Assembly: GCA_047639455.1 (NCBI GenBank)
Contig: JBLINS010000002.1
Location: 226-64,225 of the forward strand
DNA: 64,000 bases
Reading direction: 5' to 3'
From: Candidatus Omnitrophota bacterium
GTDB lineage: Bacteria > Omnitrophota > Gorgyraeia > 2-02-FULL-51-18 > JAGOUK01
Shown here piece after piece: positions 18,590 through 28,125 of the stretch (positions are counted from its first letter, which is position 1; every line of letters starts with the position of its first letter). Under the pieces are notes generated by a model that worked only from the letters and a program-made list of their open reading frames with translations, did not search any database and was not told the origin of the DNA. Made by a program: the position numbers and the translations under genes.

Positions 18590-19060
18590 AGCTCACCCGT
18601 CATCCTGGACACAATACTCACAAAGTGTGGGTTTTAGTGTTGGTTTTTTAAAAGCAGGTTGTAAGAATACTTGTCAGAAAGTAAATTAAGCACGTCATTG
18701 TGAGGAGCAATTACGACGGTGAGTGCCCGACGAATAAGGAGGGCTTGCTACGAACGGGCCGATTCGGTAAGGCCCTTGTAGATCCCACAGCAAAAGGCTT
18801 TCATAGCTACGCATGGATCCTGCTTTGCGGCTTCTGGGAGATCCTCATACCACTGCTCCGCGCCTGTCTGCCGACAGGTAGATGGTTCAGGACGACAGTC
18901 TTCCCCAATTCATAAATTCCAGACACACAGAATTGCACAAGAATGCTTTTAAGTTGATCAATGTTGACCTATTAAGAGTCTCTTCTGGGGGATCCTCACG
19001 CCTGGCAAACAGCGCCAGACTCAGGATGACGGGGCGGCCTAGTTCCGAAATATCTCATGT
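18590..19060. repeat. Cluster of dispersed repeat elements (degenerate copy B)
   Basis: Shares ~80-85% identical blocks with 17385-17765 (e.g. CAGGACGACAGTCTTCCCCAATTCATAAATTCCAGACACACAGAATTGCAC; GACACAATACTCACAAAGTGT). Contains the reverse complement of the GAAACCTTTTGCTGTGGG block of 10200-10220. Confidence 0.45.
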
Positions 19061-19320
19061 TGATGCATCTCACGACCACAAGATGGACTCAGCTCTTTTG
19101 TGCTGGAACTCCAGTCACACAAAACTTGACACACTCTCCACACGTTTAAGCTCACCACCCCCCCCAATAATAGAGCTTTAGTGAAATAATTAATGTTAAG
19201 CACTTGAAAATGATAAGAATTGCATGTATATTACTATAAAAGAGTTAAAAAGTAGTAAATTAGATATAATATATAAACAAAATAGTACAAATTTGACACA
19301 TTGAACGGAGGTAGGGAATT

Positions 19321-19560
19321 ATGAGCTCAATAAATAAACTTGGGAGTGATTTGATGAAGCTTAAGGAGATATCGGCATATATACACGTACACCCAATGAC
19401 GATTTATCGGCTCTTGAATAGCAGGAAATTGCCTGGGTTTAAGGTTGGCGGACAATGGCGGACTAAAAAGATAATTTTGGACGAATGGTTGCGAGATAAT
19501 TCCGAATTTGTAGAAATTGAAATCAAGGCGAATATGCGCTCTAAGAGCGTTAAAGCCTGA
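19321..19560 (+). CDS. Excisionase-family HTH DNA-binding protein (small)
   Basis: LKEISAYIHVHPMTIYRLLNSRKLPGFKVGGQWRTKKIILDEWL matches the HTH_17 pattern. GGAGG-like RBS upstream. Confidence 0.6.
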   Translation: MSSINKLGSDLMKLKEISAYIHVHPMTIYRLLNSRKLPGFKVGGQWRTKKIILDEWLRDNSEFVEIEIKANMRSKSVKA

Positions 19561-19571
19561 AGGAGAGAGAA

Positions 19572-19790
19572 ATGGAAGAGATTGATATGGCTAGATGCGG
19601 ATATTGCTTCAGTTTATTTGATGGTAAACAAGATGCTGATGAAGACGCGCTGCAAGTATGCGACGACTGTTCATTTGATTCTGATGCGAAGCTATTGCAT
19701 TTGGTTTGTGCTGAATGTGGCGTGCAATTAGAAGGTGTATCCGAAGACTATCGCTGCTCTCACTGTGGATCCTGGACAGCTGGACATTAG
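19572..19790 (+). CDS. Small cysteine-rich zinc-ribbon protein
   Basis: Four CxxC pairs (CGYC...CDDC...CAEC...CSHC). RBS AGGAGAGAG upstream. Confidence 0.45.
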   Translation: MEEIDMARCGYCFSLFDGKQDADEDALQVCDDCSFDSDAKLLHLVCAECGVQLEGVSEDYRCSHCGSWTAGH

Positions 19791-20007
19791 CTGGGATTCT
19801 AATGCATAGTTCCAACGCCTAGTAATCAGAAGCAGCATATTTATTCAATTAACCCAGCTAGTTCGTAGAGTCTTTCTAACTCTTGAATTTATGACTACAT
19901 ATACCCTAATGCTGGTACCCTCAAATCTTCGACCTTATTTCAGATAATTTGCTATAATCAAACTTAATATTTATATTTAATGATCAGTATGGTCGGGGAG
20001 AAGAATT

Positions 20008-20577
20008 ATGAAGTATTTTGGGTATTTACTCGCGGGTATGCTTACTCTTTTTGTGCTAAGCCCTGGTGCCCACGCCAAGGAAGCAGAATTAGTGGATGGA
20101 GTTTATGAAGTCCAGGGTGATAGTAATTTGATGACGCAAAAAGCTACTCTTAAAGAGGGTGAGTTGAATGGCTCTACCAAAAGTTTTTATGAAAGCGGAG
20201 AATTAAAATCCCTTTATCAGTTTAAGAATGGCAAGTTGCATGGCATAGTCAAACAATACGCAGAAGATGGTCGCCTATTGTCCGAAAATGAATATAGAAA
20301 TGGAAAACGTTTTGGTGTTTCACGAGCCTATTATGACAATGGTAAGTTGCGTTATGAACTCAATGTACAAAATGGCGCTATGGCAGGCGCTGCCAAAATG
20401 TATTATGAAGATGGCAAATTAAAACGCAAGGCTCAATTCAAAGACAATCAATTAGATGGCGTTGAACAATGGTTTCATAAAAACGGACAATTGTGGGAAG
20501 AGCGCCAATGGTCTATGGGGCAGCGTGGTGATACATTGCGATCTTTTGATGAAAGTGGCCTAGAGATAGCGTTATGA
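20008..20577 (+). CDS. Secreted MORN-variant (YwqK-like) repeat protein
   Basis: Signal peptide and repeated G-x-x-K/E-x-Y-Y-x-N-G-K-L motifs. Confidence 0.55.
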   Translation: MKYFGYLLAGMLTLFVLSPGAHAKEAELVDGVYEVQGDSNLMTQKATLKEGELNGSTKSFYESGELKSLYQFKNGKLHGIVKQYAEDGRLLSENEYRNGKRFGVSRAYYDNGKLRYELNVQNGAMAGAAKMYYEDGKLKRKAQFKDNQLDGVEQWFHKNGQLWEERQWSMGQRGDTLRSFDESGLEIAL

Positions 20578-21482
20578 AACATAGCTGCTTATATCAATGC
20601 GCCAGTTTTTTTATAGTTGGATTAATGCTTTTGATGCCCGCATCTGCTCAAGCAACACATCGCTATGAGTATTCGCTAAAAAATGGCCAGACGCAAGAAA
20701 GAGGTAATCGTTACGCCGATAGTATTAATACAGCTCCGATATCGATACCGATTTCAAGACAAGGGCAAGTGTTAGCTTCAAAGTCCATAATCGTGCAGCC
20801 GCCCGATTTATCTACAGCATTCACCATAGTGAAGACGGATGCCGGAGTATCCAAGAGGACAACAAATTCAACCACGCCACAAATATTGACTGCCGGCCAA
20901 CCTCTGAGTGCAGGAGATCGCTTGTACCTTGCGGGTGGTTCTAGGACTATCGTGGCATTGGATAAAACATTCAAGAATCTATTAGAATTGCGGGGCCCGG
21001 CGGAAGTTGAGGTGATATCAACCAATTTGAATCAATGGTTATTGCACTCCGGAAAGATTGTCGTTATACTCGATAACCCTGACTTAAAAGCTATTGTAGA
21101 GATCTCAACGCGACATGCTTTTGCCAGGGCGCAGGAAGCTCTTTTTATGGTACAGGCGCATGCGGATGGTGCTCGTTTTGCTAACTTAAGCGGCTCACTA
21201 TTTGTGCAGGGTAGAGATTATGCAACTGGCGCATTATTGTTTGAATTCGGGGATTTGGACCCGGGTCAATCTATCGATTTTGGTGATAACCGCACTCAAT
21301 CTGAAGAAATCACAGCACTTGCTTATGCCGATGAATTATTGATTCGCGATTCAAGGCAGAGGGGTGAATTAGCGCGTGCGCCCTATGAGTTGGTTTTTGA
21401 TAGAACTGAATTCATTGAGAACACACGCCTCAAAGCTCAAGCGGACTATCAAAAATTGCAGAATACGCTTGTGAGCAAATAA
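20574..21482 (+). CDS. Secreted hypothetical protein, possibly with a FecR-like beta-sandwich domain
   Basis: Signal peptide. The FecR-like assignment is weak. Confidence 0.35.
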   Translation: MKHSCLYQCASFFIVGLMLLMPASAQATHRYEYSLKNGQTQERGNRYADSINTAPISIPISRQGQVLASKSIIVQPPDLSTAFTIVKTDAGVSKRTTNSTTPQILTAGQPLSAGDRLYLAGGSRTIVALDKTFKNLLELRGPAEVEVISTNLNQWLLHSGKIVVILDNPDLKAIVEISTRHAFARAQEALFMVQAHADGARFANLSGSLFVQGRDYATGALLFEFGDLDPGQSIDFGDNRTQSEEITALAYADELLIRDSRQRGELARAPYELVFDRTEFIENTRLKAQADYQKLQNTLVSK

Positions 21483-21533
21483 GAACAAAAATAATGATAG
21501 TCACTAAAAAAATTAATGAATTGGAGTTCAGGG

Positions 21534-22145
21534 ATGGCAACTAATCTAAGTTTTAAGGAAATTGTTGAGCAGCGCCATGCAGCCAAAGGTTTTAATGATC
21601 AAGTTATTTCGGATGCGCTTATGGCTGAATTAGTAGAAATGATTCGATTGACACCGACTTCATTTAACTTACAGCCCTGGAAAGTTAAAGTGGTTACAGA
21701 ACAGAGTGTTAAAGACCAGCTCTTACCCGCATCCTGGAAACAGCCCCAAGTGACGACTTGTTCACATTTATTGGTATTTTGCGCAAATATGCGCCTAAAC
21801 GAATTGGCCGACAAATTAGAATCTCAAATGTTGGCTGACGGTACTCCGGAAGCAACGGTTAGTTTTTTTATTGGCATGATACGTCAATGGGTATCAAGCT
21901 TAGATGCCAATGGCCAATTGGTTTGGGCTCAGAAGCAGGTTTATATCGCATTGAGTCATGCCATGAATGGAGCCAAAGCGCTTGGATTTGACTCTTGTCC
22001 GATGGAGGGTTTCGTCCCGGTAGATTATAGTCGTATATTAGAACTTCCTGATGATTTGGTCCCAACCGTTGTTTTGCCTTTGGGCTATACCGATACACCC
22101 TCTCGGACCAAGTTAAGATTCAAAACCGAGGATATGTTTTTTTAA
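21534..22145 (+). CDS. NAD(P)H nitroreductase-family protein (NfsB-like)
   Basis: N-terminal FNLQPWKVKVV and overall similarity to NfsB-type nitroreductases. GGAG RBS 7 nt upstream of the ATG at 21534. Confidence 0.75.
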   Translation: MATNLSFKEIVEQRHAAKGFNDQVISDALMAELVEMIRLTPTSFNLQPWKVKVVTEQSVKDQLLPASWKQPQVTTCSHLLVFCANMRLNELADKLESQMLADGTPEATVSFFIGMIRQWVSSLDANGQLVWAQKQVYIALSHAMNGAKALGFDSCPMEGFVPVDYSRILELPDDLVPTVVLPLGYTDTPSRTKLRFKTEDMFF

Positions 22146-22170
22146 AGTAATTTTTTATTAAGCTAGTGTG

Positions 22171-22260
22171 ACCACTCAGGTATCGTCATTGCGAGAAGCG
22201 CGTAGCAGCGCCGTGGCAATCTTAGACTTTTAAAACGAGATTACTTTGCTGACAATGACA
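22171..22260. repeat. Dispersed short repeat (family copy)
   Basis: GTCATTGCGAGAAGCGCGTAGCAGCGCCGTGGCAATCTTAG is near-identical to 33581-33622 and related to the 59600-59630 tail. Confidence 0.5.
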
Positions 22261-22313
22261 ACATCTGAATAGTTACAAGTCAATTGATGTATTAAAATAT
22301 TTATAAGATTGAT

Positions 22314-22472
22314 ATGCCAAAAAAATTTAGATTCAAGTGTCAGTTTTTGTGCCCGAAATGCCAAAAGAAATTTCCCAAAATGGGAGCATGCATACCCAAA
22401 ACATGTCCCGCCTGCGATTATTCCGGCAAGTCATTCGAGCTAATAAAGAAAATTGATCTAAGTATTAAATAA
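22314..22472 (+). CDS. Small (52 aa) zinc-ribbon protein, not in the ORF track
   Basis: ATG...TAA ORF encoding MPKKFRFKCQFLCPKCQKKFPKMGACIPKTCPACDYSGKSFELIKKIDLSIK with CxxC...CxxC pairs. Confidence 0.35.
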   Translation: MPKKFRFKCQFLCPKCQKKFPKMGACIPKTCPACDYSGKSFELIKKIDLSIK

Positions 22473-22528
22473 CCCATAAATAATTGATAAGTAACTCACG
22501 AACCTTGTCTTTATTTAAATGAATAGGT

Positions 22529-24583
22529 GTGCAAGTGAACAAGACGATTGAAGATATTCCTGAGGCAAGCCAAACCCCATTCAAACATCAATATCATAAC
22601 CAAGAGTTTGTGGATAGTTATGCCTGGCTTAAAGATAGAGATTCAGCTAATACCCGCGCTCATTTAGAAAAAGAAAATAAATATTTTGATTCAGTTATGA
22701 GTTCTGAGGATGATAATCGCCAGCGCTTATATGCTGAAATGGTGGCCAGAATCAAGGAGACGGATCAGTCTGCTCCAGAAAAAGATGGCGAATATGTCTA
22801 TTACTCACGAACTCTAAAAGGTGAGCAATATTCCATATGTTGTCGCAAGAAGACCATTGCGATGGACACTGAAGAAGTTATTTTGGATTTGAATAAGCTA
22901 GCCAAGGGCCATGATTTTTTTGACTTAGGCATTTCGGATATTAGCTCGAATCATCAGATTCTTGCCTTTTCAACCGATGTCACGGGTGATGAAATTTATA
23001 CCATACGTTTTAAAGACTTGATTAGTGGTGAATTGCTTGATGATGAGCTGACTGGCACTTGTCAGGTTTCAGAATGGGCTGAAGACAATCGTACTTTTTT
23101 CTATGGTGTTTTGGATGACTTGAAACGGCCTTATAAAATAATGCGGCATGAATTAGGAACCGAGCAAGGTCAGGACGTCGAGGTTTATGTAGAAAAGGAT
23201 GATGCCTTTTTTGTCAATATATACAAAACCAAAGATTCCAAGTATTTGATTATTGAGTCTGAAAGCAAAAATACAACCGAAGCTAGGTATGTGAACACTC
23301 AGGATACGCATGCAGAGTTTGAGGTATTCGAACCTCGTCGCGGCAATCATGAGTATTCCGTAGACCATCACGAAAATGGTTTTTATATCTTAACCAATGA
23401 TCAGGCCGAAAACTTTCGCTTGATGTCATGCCCAGACAAAGCAACGGGTATTCAACATTGGCAAGAGGTTCTTGAACATAGACCTAATACAAAATTAGAG
23501 GATATGGATATCTTCAAAGATTTTTTAGTTGTGCATGAACGCACTCAGGGCTTGATGCAAATCCGCGTGACAAACTTATCAAGCGGTCAGGTTCATTATG
23601 TAAAATTTGATGAACCGATATACACTTTGGATGAGGGCTCCAATCCAGAATATGACACCCAATTATTACGCTTTCATTATTGCTCATTAATTTCGCCGCA
23701 TACTGCCTATGATTATAATATGGGCTCTAAAGAGCGTGTCATTGTCAAAACCCAAGAGATTATGACTGGGTATGACAAAAGTCTATATATGACACAACAA
23801 GTTATGGCCCAATCCAAAGATGGAACGTTAATTCCGATTTCCCTAGTGATGCGTAAGGACAGGCCGGCGAGTGGTCCTTTGCATTTATACGGGTATGGGT
23901 CCTATGGCATCACAATAGACCCTACGTTTTCATCCATACGGCTTAGTTTATTGGATAGGGGCATTGCCTTTGCGATTGCGCATGTGCGTGGGGGTGGCTA
24001 TTTGGGCAGGCCTTGGTATATGAATGGCAAGCTAACGAGCAAACAAAATACATTCGATGATTTTATTGCATGTGCAGAACATTTGATAAATGAGAAGGTC
24101 ACAACAAAAGACCAATTAATTATTTCTGGGGGAAGTGCGGGTGGACTATTGGTGGGGGCCACGCTCAATCAAAGACCAGATTTATTTTTAGGCGCCATTA
24201 CGCATGTGCCTTTTGTTGATGTGGTGAACACAATGATGGACGAAGCATTGCCATTAACGATCACCGAATATGATGAATGGGGAGATCCACACGATAAACA
24301 AGTTTTTGATCGACTGCTCACCTATTCTCCTTATGAAAATATAAGTGCGCAACATTATCCTCATATTATGGTGACTGCAGGTTTGAATGATAGCCGTGTT
24401 CAATATTGGGAGCCAGCCAAGTGGGTGGCTAAACTGCGAACACACAAAACGGACACCAATACCTTGATTTTAAAGACACATATGCAAGCTGGGCATGCGG
24501 GCCCATCAGGTCGTTATGAATATATTCGTGAAGTTGCTCTTGATTATGCCTTTATGCTAAAAATATGGAAGATAAAGGTTTGA
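22529..24583 (+). CDS. ptrB: Oligopeptidase B / S9A prolyl-oligopeptidase-family serine protease
   Basis: Beta-propeller N-terminal region and a C-terminal alpha/beta hydrolase with GGSAGGLLVGA (the GGSxGG nucleophile motif). Confidence 0.8.
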   Translation: MQVNKTIEDIPEASQTPFKHQYHNQEFVDSYAWLKDRDSANTRAHLEKENKYFDSVMSSEDDNRQRLYAEMVARIKETDQSAPEKDGEYVYYSRTLKGEQYSICCRKKTIAMDTEEVILDLNKLAKGHDFFDLGISDISSNHQILAFSTDVTGDEIYTIRFKDLISGELLDDELTGTCQVSEWAEDNRTFFYGVLDDLKRPYKIMRHELGTEQGQDVEVYVEKDDAFFVNIYKTKDSKYLIIESESKNTTEARYVNTQDTHAEFEVFEPRRGNHEYSVDHHENGFYILTNDQAENFRLMSCPDKATGIQHWQEVLEHRPNTKLEDMDIFKDFLVVHERTQGLMQIRVTNLSSGQVHYVKFDEPIYTLDEGSNPEYDTQLLRFHYCSLISPHTAYDYNMGSKERVIVKTQEIMTGYDKSLYMTQQVMAQSKDGTLIPISLVMRKDRPASGPLHLYGYGSYGITIDPTFSSIRLSLLDRGIAFAIAHVRGGGYLGRPWYMNGKLTSKQNTFDDFIACAEHLINEKVTTKDQLIISGGSAGGLLVGATLNQRPDLFLGAITHVPFVDVVNTMMDEALPLTITEYDEWGDPHDKQVFDRLLTYSPYENISAQHYPHIMVTAGLNDSRVQYWEPAKWVAKLRTHKTDTNTLILKTHMQAGHAGPSGRYEYIREVALDYAFMLKIWKIKV

Positions 24584-25026
24584 GTAAAAAAAATAAAGTA
24601 GTTATATTTGATATTGATGGAACCTTATCAAATTGCGAACATAGGCAACATTTCTTAGAGGCTGAGCCAAAGGACTGGACTAATTTTTTCAAATCAGCTG
24701 AACACGACGAGCCTATTGAGCCAATGCACGGTTTGCTTACTTTATTAAAAGCAACTGGGGATATAGATATCGTTTTATGTACGGGCAGGGCAGAACGAAT
24801 GCGACCCTTAACATTGAAGTGGCTAGAACAGCATAAAGTAATTTTTGATGAATTGCATATGCGACCTGATTCAGATAGACGCAGTGATGCTTTGGTGAAG
24901 AAAGAAATGATACAAATCATTGGCAGAGAAAGAATTTGGTTTGTTGTGGATGATAGAAATCAGGTTGTCCAAATGTGGCGCAAAGAAGGCTTATTATGCC
25001 TGCAATGCGCCGATGGAAACTTTTAG
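24565..25026 (+). CDS. HAD-superfamily phosphatase-like protein
   Basis: N-terminal VVIFDIDGTL (HAD motif I) and a downstream WFVVDDR-type motif. Confidence 0.5.
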   Translation: MEDKGLSKKNKVVIFDIDGTLSNCEHRQHFLEAEPKDWTNFFKSAEHDEPIEPMHGLLTLLKATGDIDIVLCTGRAERMRPLTLKWLEQHKVIFDELHMRPDSDRRSDALVKKEMIQIIGRERIWFVVDDRNQVVQMWRKEGLLCLQCADGNF

Positions 25027-25038
25027 GAGAAGACTTTA

Positions 25039-25653
25039 ATGATAGGTATAATTTGTCCGAGTACTTTTGAGTTTGATCATTTGAATATCGTTAATCAAGA
25101 TGCGGATATCGATATTATTTGTTCGGGCATGGGAAAAGTTAGAGCTGCTTTGGCTTGCCATCATTTAGTGAATCGTAATACCCAATTAGATTATATACTC
25201 CTAATAGGCTTTGCTGGGGCGCTGAGCCCTACTTTGGCTATTGGCGATTTGATCGAGCCAACTAACTTCATTGAACAAGATTATAATGCTGAGCCTTTGG
25301 AATCTTTTCCAAATAGAGTTAAGCGCGCTCCATTCAAAAAGCTACATAGTGAAGCTAAGGATGCGGTTATGCTAACGCAAGACCGTTTTTTGACACATAA
25401 TCCTTATACAGACTTAGCGTCACAACCTGGGTATGAAAGCATAGCTTGCGACATGGAGTCTTATGCCGTGGCTTATTGCAGTCAAGAGCTCAAAATACCT
25501 TTTTCAGCTTTAAAATTTATCTCTGACAATGCGGATAGCGATGCAGACCATGACTTTTTGGGCAATTGCGAACGCTTGGCACCCAAATTTAATGCTACGG
25601 TTAATGAGGCTATTCAAACAATCCAACAAAGATTGGTGAATAAGGTTTCGTGA
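25039..25653 (+). CDS. MTA/SAH-nucleosidase-family protein (candidate futalosine hydrolase, MqnB-like)
   Basis: PNP_UDP_1-type pattern (IGIICPSTFE...SGMGKVRAA...IGFAGAL...CDMESYAVAYC...ISDNAD). Immediately upstream of a UbiD-family gene, with a 4-nt overlap. Confidence 0.55.
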   Translation: MIGIICPSTFEFDHLNIVNQDADIDIICSGMGKVRAALACHHLVNRNTQLDYILLIGFAGALSPTLAIGDLIEPTNFIEQDYNAEPLESFPNRVKRAPFKKLHSEAKDAVMLTQDRFLTHNPYTDLASQPGYESIACDMESYAVAYCSQELKIPFSALKFISDNADSDADHDFLGNCERLAPKFNATVNEAIQTIQQRLVNKVS

Positions 25654-27530
25654 TGGCCTATAGTAGTTTATTAGACTGTGTTAATGACTTAGAGTCCAAA
25701 AATCTACTCATTCGCATTGATGATGAGGTGGACCCCAATTTGGAAATTGCTGAGATTCAACGTCGGGCATATAAAGCTAAAGCCCCAGCCATTCTCTTGA
25801 CGCGGGTTAAAGGATCAAAATTTCGCGTACTAATCAATCTATACGGAACTGAGCAGAGGACTAATTATCTCTTTCACAAGACCTTGTCTGGCGTTCAGCA
25901 GGCGATCCGCATGAAAACAACACCTGGTGAATTACTTAGTGAAGCTTTTGGCATTGGCTCAAAACATATGCAATTAGGCAAGTTAACTGATGTGATGAAA
26001 TCAGCTCGATACACTTTACCAAAACAAGTGGCACCGCAAAAGGCGCCCGTATTTAAAAATGAAATTAGTTTAAACGAGTTGCCAATGCTTCGATCTTGGC
26101 CTCTGGACGGTGGTGCCTTTATTACTTTACCGCAAGTTTTTACGCGCGACCCAGAATCGAAGGATGTCAAACGTTCTAATATGGGTATGTATCGCATTCA
26201 ATTAGCAGGCAATGAATACGAGCCGAATCAGGAAGTAGGACTGCACTATCAAATCCACAGAGGTATAGGCATACATCATCAAAAAGCGATTTCAATGAAA
26301 AAGCCTCTCAAAGTGAGTATATTTATTGGCGGTCCGCCAGCACATGCCTTTGCAGCAGTTATGCCTTTGCCTGAATCCGTCCCAGAAATATTTTTTGCCG
26401 GCATGTTGGCCGGTAGACGTTGGCGTTATGCATTGCATGAGGATGCAGTCATTTCAGCCGATGCCGATTTTTGTATTACAGGTACATTAGTGGACGGTGT
26501 GACTAAGCCTGAGGGCCCGTTTGGCGATCACCTGGGCTATTACAGTCTTAAACATCAATTCCCTGTTATGCGTGTTGAACATGTTTATCATAGGGACGGC
26601 GCAATTTGGCCCTACACTGTTGTTGGCCGACCCCCGCAAGAGGACACGCATTTTGGTGCTTTGGTTCACAAAATAGCCGGACCCGCTTTACCAAGCCAAA
26701 TTCCAGGTGTGAGTGCCGTGAATGCTGTTGATGCAGCTGGTGTACATCCTTTATTACTAGCGATTGGTTCGGAGCGTTATATTCCTTACGAAAAACTCAT
26801 CCCACGTGAGATTTTGACTCAAGCGAATGCGATTCTGGGATTTGGACAATGCTCTTTAGCTAAGTATTTGTGGATTATTGATGGTACTGGCAGTGACGCC
26901 GTCCCGGACATTTCAGACATCAAAGCCTTTTTAATTTATGCATTGGAGCGCATTGATTTTGCTAGAGACCTGCACTTTCAAACAAGCACAACTATGGATA
27001 CATTGGATTATTCTGGCACAGCGGTGAATCAAGGCTCCAAAGTTGTTATTGCAGCAGCTGGAGCACCTATTCGTGAACTCATTACAAAATTGCCCAAAGA
27101 TCTTTCTCTACCTAAAGGCTTAAATAATCCTAAGTGGGTATTGCCTGGCGTCGTGGCTGTGAATGCCCCACCGCATAATGACTCGGAGAAGAGCATTGCT
27201 TGGCTCAAAGGTGTGAGTGAGTTTTCGGACTGGTTGAAGGGCATTGCTTTGGTTGTTTTGGTGGATGATAGTAATTTTGTCAGTGAATCTTTGGATAATT
27301 TTATATGGGTTAGCTTCACGCGTTCTAATCCATCACACGATTGCCACGGCAATCAAGCGCATATCTCAAATAAACATTGGGCCTGCGACGCGCCTTTAAT
27401 CATAGATGCGCGCATAAAAAAGCACCATGCGCCCATTCTTGAAGAAGACCCTAAAGTCACTCAGCGCATAGACGCGTTATGTGAATCGAATTCAGTGCTT
27501 AGGTCGGTCTTAAAGGTTCAAAAAGATTGA
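25650..27530 (+). CDS. UbiD-family (prenylated-FMN-dependent) decarboxylase
   Basis: N-terminal UbiD signature (LESKNLLIRIDDEVDPNLEIAEIQRR...APAILLTRVKGSKFRVLINLYGTEQR). Longer than canonical UbiD. Confidence 0.7.
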   Translation: MMAYSSLLDCVNDLESKNLLIRIDDEVDPNLEIAEIQRRAYKAKAPAILLTRVKGSKFRVLINLYGTEQRTNYLFHKTLSGVQQAIRMKTTPGELLSEAFGIGSKHMQLGKLTDVMKSARYTLPKQVAPQKAPVFKNEISLNELPMLRSWPLDGGAFITLPQVFTRDPESKDVKRSNMGMYRIQLAGNEYEPNQEVGLHYQIHRGIGIHHQKAISMKKPLKVSIFIGGPPAHAFAAVMPLPESVPEIFFAGMLAGRRWRYALHEDAVISADADFCITGTLVDGVTKPEGPFGDHLGYYSLKHQFPVMRVEHVYHRDGAIWPYTVVGRPPQEDTHFGALVHKIAGPALPSQIPGVSAVNAVDAAGVHPLLLAIGSERYIPYEKLIPREILTQANAILGFGQCSLAKYLWIIDGTGSDAVPDISDIKAFLIYALERIDFARDLHFQTSTTMDTLDYSGTAVNQGSKVVIAAAGAPIRELITKLPKDLSLPKGLNNPKWVLPGVVAVNAPPHNDSEKSIAWLKGVSEFSDWLKGIALVVLVDDSNFVSESLDNFIWVSFTRSNPSHDCHGNQAHISNKHWACDAPLIIDARIKKHHAPILEEDPKVTQRIDALCESNSVLRSVLKVQKD

Positions 27531-27602
27531 CTTTAAAAATTAACTCGAATAATAGTCCAAAAATTGTGATAATGCTGACTTTGTCAGGCGTGAGGTTTGT
27601 TG

Positions 27603-28100
27603 ATGTCAGAATATAAATGTCCTATATGCAATTCGTCCAAAAGTCCAGATGACGTCTTTTTTGGAGGCGCATCCACAACCTCAATCATTTGTTGCAAAAG
27701 TTGTTCCAAGGGATTTTTAGATGACCATTCGACTATTAACAAAAACCCCCTATTAGCAACGAGACTCGCTTTTCGGCGTGTATTGCAAGATATTAAAGGT
27801 ATCGAAATTGTTAGTGTGCAGCTTAATGACCCTGCGCGCCATGAACTCACATTCAAAAAATCTGATTTAGACGAATGGAATGAAGCTCTTAAAAAAGTAT
27901 TTGGGCCCATTGCCAAGAACATAGGCGAAGAATGTGACGCTGAGCAAAAAAAAGCTTGTCGTCCGCATGGTGGTATCAGAAAACACCAAATCCTTTATAT
28001 GAAAAAATTTGTTAGCCACACCTTAATTGCCATGATTTGGCAATGGGCTGATAGAGATTTGGCCTCATTGAAGTTAATCGTCGAGCCGCAACCCAGGTGA
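27603..28100 (+). CDS. Hypothetical protein with an N-terminal Cys-rich zinc-ribbon-like segment
   Basis: CPIC...CCKSC motif. No other recognisable domain. Confidence 0.35.
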   Translation: MSEYKCPICNSSKSPDDVFFGGASTTSIICCKSCSKGFLDDHSTINKNPLLATRLAFRRVLQDIKGIEIVSVQLNDPARHELTFKKSDLDEWNEALKKVFGPIAKNIGEECDAEQKKACRPHGGIRKHQILYMKKFVSHTLIAMIWQWADRDLASLKLIVEPQPR

Positions 28101-28125
28101 CTTGCTCTAAAAACGATTATTAAAT

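Noticed and set aside
18700-19181. ORFs 18700-18915 and 18882-19181 in the island
   Set aside because: They lie entirely within repeat cluster B. The translations are low-complexity and have no RBS, so they are likely non-coding repeat DNA.
20008-21482. YwqK-like and FecR-like secreted pair as a toxin-antitoxin or anti-sigma system
   Set aside because: No ECF sigma factor, toxin or immunity-like partner is adjacent. Only weak motif-level similarity supports it, so it is left as plain hypothetical secreted proteins.
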